Notes: generated from the letters alone by a model not told the origin. Numbered from the stretch's first letter, positions 38,201 through 45,846 are shown. The stretch is DNA of 64,000 nucleotides from an uncultured Candidatus Peribacteria bacterium (GCA_964575275.1 CAZNPE010000005.1:16402-80401), one strand, 5' to 3'. Made by a program: numbers and translations.

Positions 38201-39816
38201 CGTCCGAATTGAAGATGATCGAGCTCGATCATTGCCTGGTTCACGTTTGGGTTCTGAATGACGTTCTTGAGCACGATGCGAGCAATGCCGTTGATATTCA
38301 CCACACCGAAGAAACGATCTTCACCAACCGAGCCAACGTTTGTCTCGTCGCCGAGCTGATGTGTACCAGATGTGCCTACCTTATTACCATTGGCATCGTA
38401 TGCATCAAATGAGTACTGCATGCCGGTCTGACTTGGAAGTGGACCATCTGTCCAGACGTATCCAACGTGTGTCGGAAGGCCGCCTAAGACCGAAGGATCG
38501 AATGTGAACGTGAGCTCATGTTCATTTTTATTGAAGAGGAAGCCCATGGATCCACAATCACCATACGGACACTGACCATTGCGAGAGCCGTCATCTTCAT
38601 CGATAGAATCGACGAGGAGGTCTGAGGAACCTGGATACGTAATAGTGGCAGAGCCTGGCTTCTGCACAGACACACCAGGAACATTGAGAGCGAAGTCTTC
38701 AAAATCTTCGAGAACGAAATACTGGAACTGGCCGTTACACCCAACGAACGGACTGTCGCTGATACCGAGGTATGGCGATGGACCGTAGTAACCGTAACTC
38801 GTAGAACATCCGACGGAAGAACTGGAGCTAGCAGATCCGGATGTGGACGATGCAATGCTGGACGCAGACGATGCACCAATGCTGGAGCTTGAGGAAGCCG
38901 CACCAGAGGAGCTGCTATCGGATGAGGTGCTAGAACTCACCGACGAGAAGCTGGAGACAGACGACACACTGGAGTTGGATGACACAGAACTCGCAGCGCT
39001 GGAACTCACGGCAACAATGCTAGACGCGGATGACGCGCTACTTGCTGCGGACGAACTGATGCTGGAAAAAGTGGCAGAGCTCGAAGATGCATCTGACGAC
39101 GTGCTACTCGAAAGGCTTGAGTTCAGAGACGATGAGAGTGCTGAAGACGAAAGTGAGCTGAACTGGGAGCTGCTGACGCTTGAGCTGAGCGATGAGAAAA
39201 CGCTGGAGACACTAGACGAAAGGCTGCTGAATGCAGAAGAGCTCGAGTCAGCAACGAGAGAGGCAACGATCACTGGATCTGTCTCATCGTTGTCCGATGG
39301 ATCAGTACATCCTGGATCTGTCATGTCGGGCTTGCCATCATTGTCGTTGTCGATGCCATCGGAACACTGTGTTGGGCTTTCACATGTGAGCACAGTGATG
39401 TATTCCTTGGCGGAACAGGCTGCGTTGAGAGACAAATTGCTTCCGTTCCAGCTTGCAGTGACGTGCGTGTCGCACTCGCCATCGGCGTATGCACTTGCGG
39501 ACTTGGATACGACTTTTGGAAATCCTTTGAGTTCGCAAATGCGCTGCGCAGTCAGTTCATCATCGTGCACAAAACCAGAGCCAGGATCAGATTCTGGAAT
39601 TGGCGTGAGATTCCCCATACCATTCACAAAAGAACGGATTTCCTGCGCACTGGTAAATGTGAACTGCGCACCAACAGCACCAGATGTTTCCACAATTCCT
39701 GGGAAGACTGGCAACGACCCAATCTGCGCTTGGATGAGGAACAGAGAGACGATCGCAACCGCGGCGATATGCTTCTTGATCTGTGTCATACAAAACGTGG
39801 AAAGGAAAGTAGACAA
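32239..39816 (-). CDS. giant (2525 aa) repeat-rich cell-surface protein / putative adhesin
   Basis: N-terminal signal/anchor, a Ser-rich tract (about 38800-39260) and four acidic Cys-bracketed DNxD modules. Also two paralogous beta-rich modules, five DUF11-type repeats, a Pro/Tyr-rich YNPPP tract, LPITG (32410-32424) and a C-terminal TM helix. Confidence 0.85.
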   Translation of the reverse strand: MSTFLSTFCMTQIKKHIAAVAIVSLFLIQAQIGSLPVFPGIVETSGAVGAQFTFTSAQEIRSFVNGMGNLTPIPESDPGSGFVHDDELTAQRICELKGFPKVVSKSASAYADGECDTHVTASWNGSNLSLNAACSAKEYITVLTCESPTQCSDGIDNDNDGKPDMTDPGCTDPSDNDETDPVIVASLVADSSSSAFSSLSSSVSSVFSSLSSSVSSSQFSSLSSSALSSSLNSSLSSSTSSDASSSSATFSSISSSAASSASSASSIVAVSSSAASSVSSNSSVSSVSSFSSVSSSTSSDSSSSGAASSSSSIGASSASSIASSTSGSASSSSSVGCSTSYGYYGPSPYLGISDSPFVGCNGQFQYFVLEDFEDFALNVPGVSVQKPGSATITYPGSSDLLVDSIDEDDGSRNGQCPYGDCGSMGFLFNKNEHELTFTFDPSVLGGLPTHVGYVWTDGPLPSQTGMQYSFDAYDANGNKVGTSGTHQLGDETNVGSVGEDRFFGVVNINGIARIVLKNVIQNPNVNQAMIELDHLQFGRLLGAPNGGGTSSVSSVSSVSSVASSATINGCTSAQTITFGDAGITGQLNGAQPYENRGVRFSVENRASGQYTLAIVPLSATAGGLPAPSGSPVLAVNTTPTFASPNTVAIMRFVNPSNPSQAATVDGSTIDFYVDDTDFGAIPQVIIRSYGLNGQLIETRNVTGRNTHVQFSTGQVARIEFTDNGGEGHIIDDIHFGPLNCNPQATSSSAAASSVASSTSSQTSVGTCRVRVHFIDVKNTNRGNAVGSIRLNDGTIVTEGQTFDVTTANGQPITDSSDYGANDTSLHIRREAGKLSVVNTTVGGFADTEQYYLTLTVENGSFTGQANGVSGFNGLEGNGQGFHGWDSIHYSHTDEVITDGSSVAQIYIANSTNDDSFQLFYNCNGIITTSSSSASSQPTVGQCRVRVNFIEVQNIGGGNANNTVRLNDGTVIQDGQTFNLTDSNGNIITDTGAYDRTSPSLGVNRANGHVDFVGFPTGYIEKVYARFTIEGGVWTAKNTPVSGYNSAERYDDGVHQLVGGYHNDEVEVTNGSNVATMYIGYGPYTDSFQLNYNCGGGVSSSIASSSNNGSCVVVHASTYAAGPQNSAARLPSNLPSNVQVRTLDLSGSRRLQSSDLQDADLVVWGDWQLSYRQLTQAEIDLFKNAYNTGTNFTFFADNPIVYEASYNTRQIMNSIQSKMKYSDNTTGRAHSGIEQPDTVRYPYLQGKTFNFTGGLNSPGFIENIQSPAECAYSKDGFCIAALKPREGNQGFVFAEGNWGAGPSGVTPGQGSANYITNFINMACNGGGGTSSSSPFVPECRDGVDNQDPEDSLADINDPGCHTDGNPNNPNSYNPDDNDERNSFSSSSSSSSVCSTQPTNQSITIPFTSCSSLGQVCNNEPTYNFTIQNTSQVNATYTVGPAHCSSVRMKMFVDGQERGTTEFMGWPGGPSPLTSQAINFGTLSAGQHTLRLQAEGQVSGCNVGRLVSWAGSVNIQSQQTCAFVPECRDGVDNQDPEDSLADINDPGCHTDGDPNNPNSYDPNDNDETNTVSFCPLNSRYAVTILASTSVPTGNPQTILGAPGGLGDSVNFDNNGSQAGYVKVGFATPIVNQAGADVVIHLEDTDENFDVYGYTAGGQRVFIQSFNRTHPYNSRPQNLLDLQVDIGQAGLQSIVALEVFNTENRASNDVSEGPDIRGFTAIHCGQQNLPQCSDGVDNQDPEDSLADINDPGCHTDGNPNNPFTYVPTDDDETNSPVSDLSVTKTGPSSVVRGENITYSIAVANAGPNAAGNVIINDPIPVGLNYVSANGANCAVALPSGGNNGFVSCNLGTVQSGETKTVQLTFNVPSVNSCTQSTVTNTVTVNSQSTDPSNSNNTSSISTTVTCPGGTTADLGIVKFGPTSIVRGQNATYSIIVSNAGPAVAQNIVISDVIPAGLTYVSSSGAQCSVVNNAVQCTIASLAAGQSTGIISITFAVPTIQNCSSSTITNTATVTSSVSDPSTTNNTSSVTSNVTCPGNTSDLSLTKSAVSSVVRGNNLTYTLVVTNNGPAQADNVVINDPIPTGVSYVSASGANCVTALPSGSSSNGFVSCDVGSIPSGQSKTVSLTFAVPTINNCSQVNLTNTATVSSNVNDPNSNNNQASATTTLLCPGNTADLSITKSGPSSVTRGNTLTYTLNVTNSGPATATNVIVHDLFPSPLSYSSASGANCSLVGSEVQCTIGTLNSGETRSVSLTFNVPTVNNCSTSTIQNNATVTSDTQDTNTGNNSSSYVSTTLQCPGSSDDLSIYKTDNRSTANVGDRLRYNIVITNNSSSAANDLYVVDNVPSCFAIITVSDGATINSQQVRWTNVDVAANSSRTLWIDVEVRNNCGNGSVTNTVEVNGRTASDQTYIYGDVIYNPPPIYNPPPYYNPPYYNPPYYNPPPVYYPPTYTPPTYPPVDQKPYPPVYLPITGARDGDLYADQTVEGSLTKPAQTASSSGGFGTFVTITVVAMLAIGSAAASRFLTGGL
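32650..34500 (-). repeat. five tandem DUF11-like (conserved repeat domain) units of about 125 aa
   Basis: Each unit begins DLS[VLI][TY]K[TS]/DLGIVKFG, followed by ...Y[ST][IL]xVxNxGPxxAxNVxIxDxxPxGLxYVS... Confidence 0.6.
34561..34626 (-). repeat. near-identical intragenic DNA repeat, copy 1 (encodes DGVDNQDPEDSLADINDPGCHTDG)
   Basis: ggtgtgacagcctggatcgttgatgtcagcgagagaatcttctggatcctggttatccacaccgtcg. Confidence 0.85.
35173..35255 (-). repeat. near-identical intragenic DNA repeat, copy 2
   Basis: Same 66-nt core as copy 1, extended by cggcactctgggacaaa, which it shares with copy 3. Confidence 0.85.
35734..35817 (-). repeat. near-identical intragenic DNA repeat, copy 3
   Basis: Same core with one substitution (ggtatgacag...). 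Confidence 0.85.
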
Positions 39817-39844
39817 AAGGGCTAATTCGACAAAAAAGGGAGTA

Positions 39845-39873
39845 ATAGTAGGCCTTACTTCCTATATTGTCAA
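39845..39873 (-). promoter_or_regulatory. sigma-70-like promoter for the giant surface-protein gene
   Basis: Minus strand: TTGACA (39873-39868), 17 nt spacer, TACTAT (39850-39845). Confidence 0.4.
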
Positions 39874-39937
39874 ATAAAATTTTTGTTGCAAAACATCGAA
39901 ATTTCGCCTCTGGCTAGGGTCTACTGGCTTTTTTGCC

Positions 39938-40729
39938 CTACTGACGAGCAAAACCGACAATTCCGAGGATAAGAACCGCGAGTCCGGCGAGGATAAAAAT
40001 CGGCAGGAGAGAGATGGAGTTTTCCGCAGAATTTTGCGCTGGAAACAGGACAAATTCTTGCGCATGCGCTGTCTCAAAAAGGACACTCTGTGCGCCTGTT
40101 TGCGGAAGCACCACAGAAGCGTACATCGGCTGGGGGGTAGTCACGTTCTCGGACGGAAATACTGCATTTTCCGCATTGGTAAGGGCTCCCTGAGCTGTCT
40201 GATGATCAAAATCGATGGTGGCACACGCGACCTGCATGTCTACACCACTACCCATGGTGGAGCTCTTGAGATTTTGAAGACTCGGAGCATCCTCACAACG
40301 AGCAATATTCTTGTAAATAGCGGTCAGATACTTCGTCTCGCCTTTCGCAAAATCGACGGTGCAACGGACTTCGTTTCCTACGCGTTCACAGCCCTTTGTA
40401 GAGAGCTCCGTATCAAGTTCGGCACCGCTCGGAATATCTCCATGGATAATGGTAATCCCCTTCCGTTCTTGCTCAGAATTATTCTTTGTATAGAACGTGT
40501 ACGCAGTTCTGCGACCTGTCGGAGAGCTCTGAACAGAGCCAGAAGTGCGAGGTCGACTTGCAAGAGTTGAGCCTGTGAAACCACCACCACTTCCCGCCCA
40601 AAGAGGACGAGTCAGCAGCTCAGATGGAGGATCATTTCTGTAGCGAAAACTCGGTAACTCCTGCATAGAGTACCGATGACCTCCAGGACATCCAACGAGG
40701 CCGGGGATACACGGAGCTTCAGGAAGCAT
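39938..40729 (-). CDS. hypothetical protein with a C-terminal LPQTG-spacer-TM signal
   Basis: ATG at 40729 (MLPEAPCIPG...) is preferred because the GTG at 40774 lies inside the promoter. LPQTG at 40094-40108. C-terminal helix LLPIFILAGLAVLILGIVGFA + RQ. No obvious N-terminal signal peptide. Confidence 0.55.
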   Translation of the reverse strand: MLPEAPCIPGLVGCPGGHRYSMQELPSFRYRNDPPSELLTRPLWAGSGGGFTGSTLASRPRTSGSVQSSPTGRRTAYTFYTKNNSEQERKGITIIHGDIPSGAELDTELSTKGCERVGNEVRCTVDFAKGETKYLTAIYKNIARCEDAPSLQNLKSSTMGSGVDMQVACATIDFDHQTAQGALTNAENAVFPSENVTTPQPMYASVVLPQTGAQSVLFETAHAQEFVLFPAQNSAENSISLLPIFILAGLAVLILGIVGFARQ

Positions 40730-40740
40730 ATAGGATATAT

Positions 40741-40768
40741 ATTTTATAATATATTTAATATTTGTCAA
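40741..40768 (-). promoter_or_regulatory. sigma-70-like promoter for the 39938-40729 gene
   Basis: Minus strand: TTGACA (40768-40763), 16 nt spacer, TAAAAT (40746-40741). The ATG follows after only about 11 nt, so the leader is very short. Confidence 0.4.
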
Positions 40769-40814
40769 TATCACATGCGGGCTAGAAATGCGTTATAGCC
40801 TATAATCAGACCTC

Positions 40815-41312
40815 ATGCAGAACGTAGCTGAACTTATCGAGTCCGCGTATGACCAATACGCAGATGCCATCTTTCGACACTGTTATCTGCGGCTTTCCAA
40901 CCGCGAACGTGCGAAAGAATTGATGCAAGACGCGTTCATAAAGGCATACGAATATGCAGGGAAAGGAAATCAGATCGAGAATATTCGAGCCCTCCTTTAT
41001 AGGATCGCCAATAACCTGATTATCGACCATGTGCGCAAAGCGAAAGAACTGTCGTTAGATGCTCTCGCGGAATCTGGTTTTGACCCTATGGGAAGCGACG
41101 GAAGCGAGGTCGGCCGTGGCCTTGAGGAAGAGCGAATGGTGCACACTTTGGCGAAACTGAGCCCAGAAGATAGGCAGCTCATTGTCTTGCGCTTTGTCGA
41201 TGAGCTGAAGCCACAGGAAATCGGCGAAATGATGGGTATAGCCGCAAACACTGTCTCGGTACGTATTCACCGAGCACTGAAAGAACTTAAGTCACATCTC
41301 AAGAAACCATGA
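40815..41312 (+). CDS. ECF RNA polymerase sigma factor
   Basis: YADAIFRHCYLRLSNRERAKELMQDAFIKAY (region 2) and RQLIVLRFVDELKPQEIGEMMGIAANTVSVRIHRALKELK (region 4). A TATAAT at 40801-40806 lies only 8 nt before the ATG. Confidence 0.85.
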   Translation: MQNVAELIESAYDQYADAIFRHCYLRLSNRERAKELMQDAFIKAYEYAGKGNQIENIRALLYRIANNLIIDHVRKAKELSLDALAESGFDPMGSDGSEVGRGLEEERMVHTLAKLSPEDRQLIVLRFVDELKPQEIGEMMGIAANTVSVRIHRALKELKSHLKKP

Positions 41313-42664
41313 GAGACGAGTTGGATGTGTTCCTCGACGGCCTAAAGAATATTCGGCTCTCTGCAGCGGAAAAGTCTTCGATACAGGCAGGCGTACGGAA
41401 TCATGTAAGGAACGGTGCTCATGCACGTCTTACAGGAGACATGGACGAGAAAGGTTTCCTTCAGACGGCTCAAAATGTACGACTTTCCCCTGCGGAAAGG
41501 GTCCTCATTCGCGAGTCGTTGATTGAGCATATGAGTAAGCAGAAAGGCATTTCGTGGTCTGGACTTCTTCGTCGCATGGTGTCTGTCACAGCGGCATTCG
41601 TCATCATTGCGGGGTCTGGCGCTGGCCTTTCCTATGCTGCGGAGAGCTCTCTTCCTGGTGACCTGCTCTACCCAGTAAAAGTTCAGGTCAATGAGCCACT
41701 TCTGACATCACTCAATCGTACCCCGGAAGCTCGCGCTCGTTTCGAGGCGCGCAAAGCACAACGACGACTGGAAGAAGCGCAGGCACTGGCTCAACGCGCA
41801 TCGCTGAAGGCCGATGTCGCAGAGAAAATTATGACTCGTTTCCAGGAACACACTGCACAGATTCAGACAGAAATGCAGATGCTCATTGACGCGGAGAAAA
41901 ATTCGGAAGCGAGCGACATTGGCATCGATTTCGACGCAACGCTCGTTGCATACGGCAACGTACTGAATGCCTTGAATGCAGACGCTCAGACGACAGAAAT
42001 TGCCACGCTTGTCGATGCTGTACATGAGGCGCGTTTGCAAACAGAAGAGGCGACACTCAGTGCTGCACGAAAGAACAGAAATATGGCAAAGGAAAACATC
42101 GAAAAAGCATGGTCTGAAGCCAAAAATGAGATAGACGCTGTCCAGAAGATTTTGAGTAATCCTGGCCGACCGCTTGCTCCAGAAGTACAGAAGAGACTTC
42201 GTAGTGCGCAGGAAGTATTGGAAATTTCCGGCTCGGCATCTTCTGCAACAGATGACGAACAATTGCGATGGAGTCGCTCCGCACTCCGTAACGCTCGCGA
42301 AGCAAAAGCATTTATCAATCTTTCGGGTCGCACCTCTTCCGCAGGAAGTGAGAATAACGACGACTCCGATCTTCATATCCGCCAAAAGCAAGACGCAGAA
42401 TTCTCTACATCAGTGCGTTTGCGTATGACCAAGAAGCGAGTACAGCAAGCAGAAAAGAGAATCCGTGAAACATTGAAAGATTTGGATGAAAATACAAGTG
42501 TGAATATTGAAACGCGCGTCGAAGGGACAAGGCAACTCCTGGATATCGCAAACACGCAGCTGGAGAATGGAAATCTCGATGAAGCACTGGAGACATCGGA
42601 CTCTGCGCTCGACCATGCAGACTCTGTGACAGAAGACATTGAGAAGCTGGTTCCTGGACTGTAG
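41309..42664 (+). CDS. anti-sigma-like membrane protein with a DUF5667-type coiled-coil ectodomain
   Basis: 4-nt overlap with the sigma gene. TM VTAAFVIIAGSGAGLSYAA. LYPVKVQVNEPLLTSL...ARFEARKAQRRLEEAQAL is the DUF5667 signature region. Confidence 0.6.
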   Translation: MRDELDVFLDGLKNIRLSAAEKSSIQAGVRNHVRNGAHARLTGDMDEKGFLQTAQNVRLSPAERVLIRESLIEHMSKQKGISWSGLLRRMVSVTAAFVIIAGSGAGLSYAAESSLPGDLLYPVKVQVNEPLLTSLNRTPEARARFEARKAQRRLEEAQALAQRASLKADVAEKIMTRFQEHTAQIQTEMQMLIDAEKNSEASDIGIDFDATLVAYGNVLNALNADAQTTEIATLVDAVHEARLQTEEATLSAARKNRNMAKENIEKAWSEAKNEIDAVQKILSNPGRPLAPEVQKRLRSAQEVLEISGSASSATDDEQLRWSRSALRNAREAKAFINLSGRTSSAGSENNDDSDLHIRQKQDAEFSTSVRLRMTKKRVQQAEKRIRETLKDLDENTSVNIETRVEGTRQLLDIANTQLENGNLDEALETSDSALDHADSVTEDIEKLVPGL

Positions 42665-42711
42665 TCGTTCTTGCAGGAATGGCGGCATTTCCAGTACTCT
42701 CTGCACCACGC

Positions 42712-44553
42712 ATGAAGCCGCTTTCAACTGCAGAAATTCGGCAGAAGTACTTGGACTTCTACAAGTCCAAAGATCACGCTGTGATTCCCGGGGCGAGCCT
42801 GATCCCAGAGAATGACCCAACCGTTCTCTTTACGACAGCCGGAATGCACCCCCTCGTCCCCTACCTCATGGGGCAGGCGCACCCCATGGGTAAGCGTGTG
42901 TGTGATGTACAGCTCTGTGTTCGCACCCAGGACATCGATGAAGTTGGTGATGCAAGTCACCTCACGTGCTTCGAAATGCTCGGTCGCTGGAGTATGGGCG
43001 ACTACTTCAAAGAGAAGACCATCGAATGGAGTTACGAATTCATGACGAGCGTTCTTGGTATTCCGAAAGAGAAATTCGCCGTCACCTGTTTTGAGGGCGA
43101 CACAGACGCCCCACGTGATGATGAATCTGCCGCACTCTGGATGAAGGTGGGCGTACCGAAAGAACGCATTGGATTCCTTCCGAAAGCCAAAAACTGGTGG
43201 GGGCCTGCCGGTAAAACTGGCCCCTGTGGACCAGACACGGAAATGTTCTACTGGGTCGGAAAGTCCGCTGTGCCGCCCGCTGGCAGCAATCCTGCCAATG
43301 ACGATGCGAACTGGATGGAAATCGGCAACGACGTCTTGATCCAGTATGAGAAATTGGAAGATGGATCATTTGTGCCACTCAAGCAGAAGAACCTCGATGA
43401 AGGGTGCGGACTTGAGCGTTTGGCATGCGTGCTTCAAGGAGTCGAAAGCGTGTACGACACCGATGAGTTCCAATCACTCATGAAGATCGTCTATCCAGAC
43501 CAACACCTGCTCAATGCTTCTGAGGAAGGCGAAATGCTGAAGCGTCATGTACGTATCATCGTCGATCACTTGAAGGCTTCCACCTTTATTATTGCCGATG
43601 GCGCGGTGCCCTCGAACGTCGATCAGGGCTACGTGCTGCGAAAATTGATCCGTCGTGCTATTCGCTCACTCCGTAAGCTCTACATCGAACGCGACCTGAA
43701 TTTTGAAACATCGATGTACTGTTCCAAGATCGCTCGCACTGTCATCAAGCAGTACGGAAGTTTCTACACACATCTCCAGAAGAAAGAGAATGAGATCTTG
43801 CAGATCCTCGATAAGGAAGAAGGTCAATTTAAGAAAACTCTCCTGGAAGGACTCAGGCACTTTGAGAAAATTACGAAGAGCCTGAGTGGAACAACCATCG
43901 ACGGACAGACCGCCTTCCACCTGTATGACACGTACGGCTTCCCTATCGAAATGACGCGCGACGTCGCGACAGAACAAGGTCTCAAAGTTGATGAAAAGGG
44001 CTTCCAGAAGGCCTTCGAGGAACATCAGGCCAAGTCTCGTGCAGGTGCCGAAAAGCGTTTTGCTGGTGGCCTTGCCGATCACTCGGGCGAAACGACCAAG
44101 CTCCACACTGCCACTCACCTCTTGAACCAAGCGCTCCGGACTGTCCTTGGCGATCACGTGTTTCAGAAAGGAAGCAACATCACTGCCGAGCGCCTACGCT
44201 TCGACTTCTCCCATCCAGAGAAGATGACGCCGGAGCAGATCAGGAAAGTGGAAGATTTGGTGAACGAAGCGATCAAAGCCGACGCACCCATCTCCTTCTC
44301 TGTCATGACAGTCGACGAAGCCAAAGCCGCAGGAGCCATTGGAGTCTTTGAGAGTAAGTACGGCGAAAAAGTGAAGGTCTACTCCATGGGCAAGTACTCC
44401 AAAGAAATCTGTGGTGGTCCACATGTGGCTCGTACAGGCCTTCTCGGCCACTTCAAAATTCAAAAAGAAGAGTCGAGCTCCTCGGGCGTTCGTCGCCTCA
44501 AAGCGATTGTCGAAGGCGGTCCGAAGGACGTGGAAGTAGCGAAGGAAGCCTAG
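42712..44553 (+). CDS. alaS: alanine--tRNA ligase, short form (613 aa) lacking the C-terminal C-Ala/DHHA1 domain
   Basis: IRQKYLDFYKSKDHAVIPGASLIPENDPTVLFTTAGMHP, SHLTCFEMLGRWSMGDYFK, and editing-domain motifs HTATHLLNQAL and CGGPHV. The protein ends shortly after the editing domain. Confidence 0.85.
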   Translation: MKPLSTAEIRQKYLDFYKSKDHAVIPGASLIPENDPTVLFTTAGMHPLVPYLMGQAHPMGKRVCDVQLCVRTQDIDEVGDASHLTCFEMLGRWSMGDYFKEKTIEWSYEFMTSVLGIPKEKFAVTCFEGDTDAPRDDESAALWMKVGVPKERIGFLPKAKNWWGPAGKTGPCGPDTEMFYWVGKSAVPPAGSNPANDDANWMEIGNDVLIQYEKLEDGSFVPLKQKNLDEGCGLERLACVLQGVESVYDTDEFQSLMKIVYPDQHLLNASEEGEMLKRHVRIIVDHLKASTFIIADGAVPSNVDQGYVLRKLIRRAIRSLRKLYIERDLNFETSMYCSKIARTVIKQYGSFYTHLQKKENEILQILDKEEGQFKKTLLEGLRHFEKITKSLSGTTIDGQTAFHLYDTYGFPIEMTRDVATEQGLKVDEKGFQKAFEEHQAKSRAGAEKRFAGGLADHSGETTKLHTATHLLNQALRTVLGDHVFQKGSNITAERLRFDFSHPEKMTPEQIRKVEDLVNEAIKADAPISFSVMTVDEAKAAGAIGVFESKYGEKVKVYSMGKYSKEICGGPHVARTGLLGHFKIQKEESSSSGVRRLKAIVEGGPKDVEVAKEA

Positions 44554-45846
44554 TTAACTCACCCATCCACGCACGCGCATTGCCTCGATAATGCGACCAA
44601 CACCGATATTAAAAGCCGCATCGCGGTAGGAAATCTTCTTTCGCTTGGCCTCGGCACGAACGTCGTCGAAGGCAGTAAGCATAATACGCTTAAGTTCACG
44701 GTCGACTTTCTCGGCAGTCCACTGGTCACCAGAGCGACCTTGCACCCACTCGAAATACGAGACAGTGACACCACCAGCATTCGCCAAGACGTCTGGCACA
44801 ACCATGACATGTTTCGCATTCAAAATTTCATCAGCATCAGGAGCGACAGGACCATTGGCGAGTTCTAAAATAATTTTTGCTTTCACGTCCTTGGCATTTG
44901 CCTTCGTGATGACATTATCGAGCGCTGCTGGAATGAGGATGTCACAATCGACAGTGAGCAGTGCTTCATTGCTGATTACTTCGGTTTGATCGAGCTTGAG
45001 CTTCTCGATGTCACACACAGATCCTTCGCAGTACTCACCTCGTACTGACCCCGTCTTCTTCTTGTACTTCTGAATGCGAATAGGATCCAGACCGTCGGCG
45101 CTGTAGATGCCACCGTGTGAATCGGATACTGCTACGATCTGAGCACCAGCATTGTGGAGAAACATTGCGATTTCAGAGCCTGCGTTTCCAAATCCTTGAA
45201 CCGCAACACGCAGCTCGGACATGTCCATCGCCTCGGACTTCACCAGTTGTTCCAAGATGAAGAATCCACCCTTGGCTGTGGACTTATCGCGACCTAGGGA
45301 ACCACCGAACGAGAGTGGTTTTCCCGTAATCACTGCTGGCGAATAGCGACCTGTCACCTTTTCATATTCATCGCGCATCCAGGCCATAATTTGCGGATTC
45401 GTATTCACATCTGGCGCCGGAATATCCACATCGGGACCAATATCTTTGGCGATGGCACGCATATACGCACGGCTCATGCGCTCGAGCTCTGCTCTGGATA
45501 ATGTCTTCGGATCGACCTGAATACCACCCTTGGCTCCTCCAAATGGAATATTCACGACTGCTGTTTTGATCGACATGAGAGCAGCCAGAGCTTTTACCTC
45601 TTCCTCATCGGCTTCGGCATGGTAACGGATGCCGCCTTTATACGGACCACGCGCGTTGTTGTGCTGCACGCGCTCCGCCTTCACTTTCACCTCTTTGCCT
45701 GTGTCATCCTTGAAAGAAATCGTTTCCTTCAGAATTTTTTGTGGCTTGAGAAGCATTTCCGTCTCTTTTTTGGAAAGCTTCAAACGGTCAAAAGCACCGT
45801 GCATAAAGTGCATGGCGCGGTCGTAGGGAGTGAGTGAGGCCGGCAT
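44554..45846 (-). CDS. gdhA: Glu/Leu/Phe/Val dehydrogenase family, glutamate dehydrogenase-like
   Basis: ARGPYKGGIRYH, NIPFGGAKGGI, Rossmann VAVQGFGNAGS. ATG at 45846 (MPASLTPYDRA...). Its stop codon abuts the alaS stop with no spacer. Confidence 0.8.
   Translation of the reverse strand: MPASLTPYDRAMHFMHGAFDRLKLSKKETEMLLKPQKILKETISFKDDTGKEVKVKAERVQHNNARGPYKGGIRYHAEADEEEVKALAALMSIKTAVVNIPFGGAKGGIQVDPKTLSRAELERMSRAYMRAIAKDIGPDVDIPAPDVNTNPQIMAWMRDEYEKVTGRYSPAVITGKPLSFGGSLGRDKSTAKGGFFILEQLVKSEAMDMSELRVAVQGFGNAGSEIAMFLHNAGAQIVAVSDSHGGIYSADGLDPIRIQKYKKKTGSVRGEYCEGSVCDIEKLKLDQTEVISNEALLTVDCDILIPAALDNVITKANAKDVKAKIILELANGPVAPDADEILNAKHVMVVPDVLANAGGVTVSYFEWVQGRSGDQWTAEKVDRELKRIMLTAFDDVRAEAKRKKISYRDAAFNIGVGRIIEAMRVRGWVS

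Noticed and set aside
38843-39877. 344-aa plus-strand ORF rich in Asp/Glu/Leu, and many other 60-210-aa ORFs on the plus strand across 32.3-39.9 kb.
   Set aside because: They are antisense shadows of the giant minus-strand gene. Ser/Thr/Asn-rich repeats read in reverse give open acidic/Leu frames. The same explanation applies to 63108-63416.
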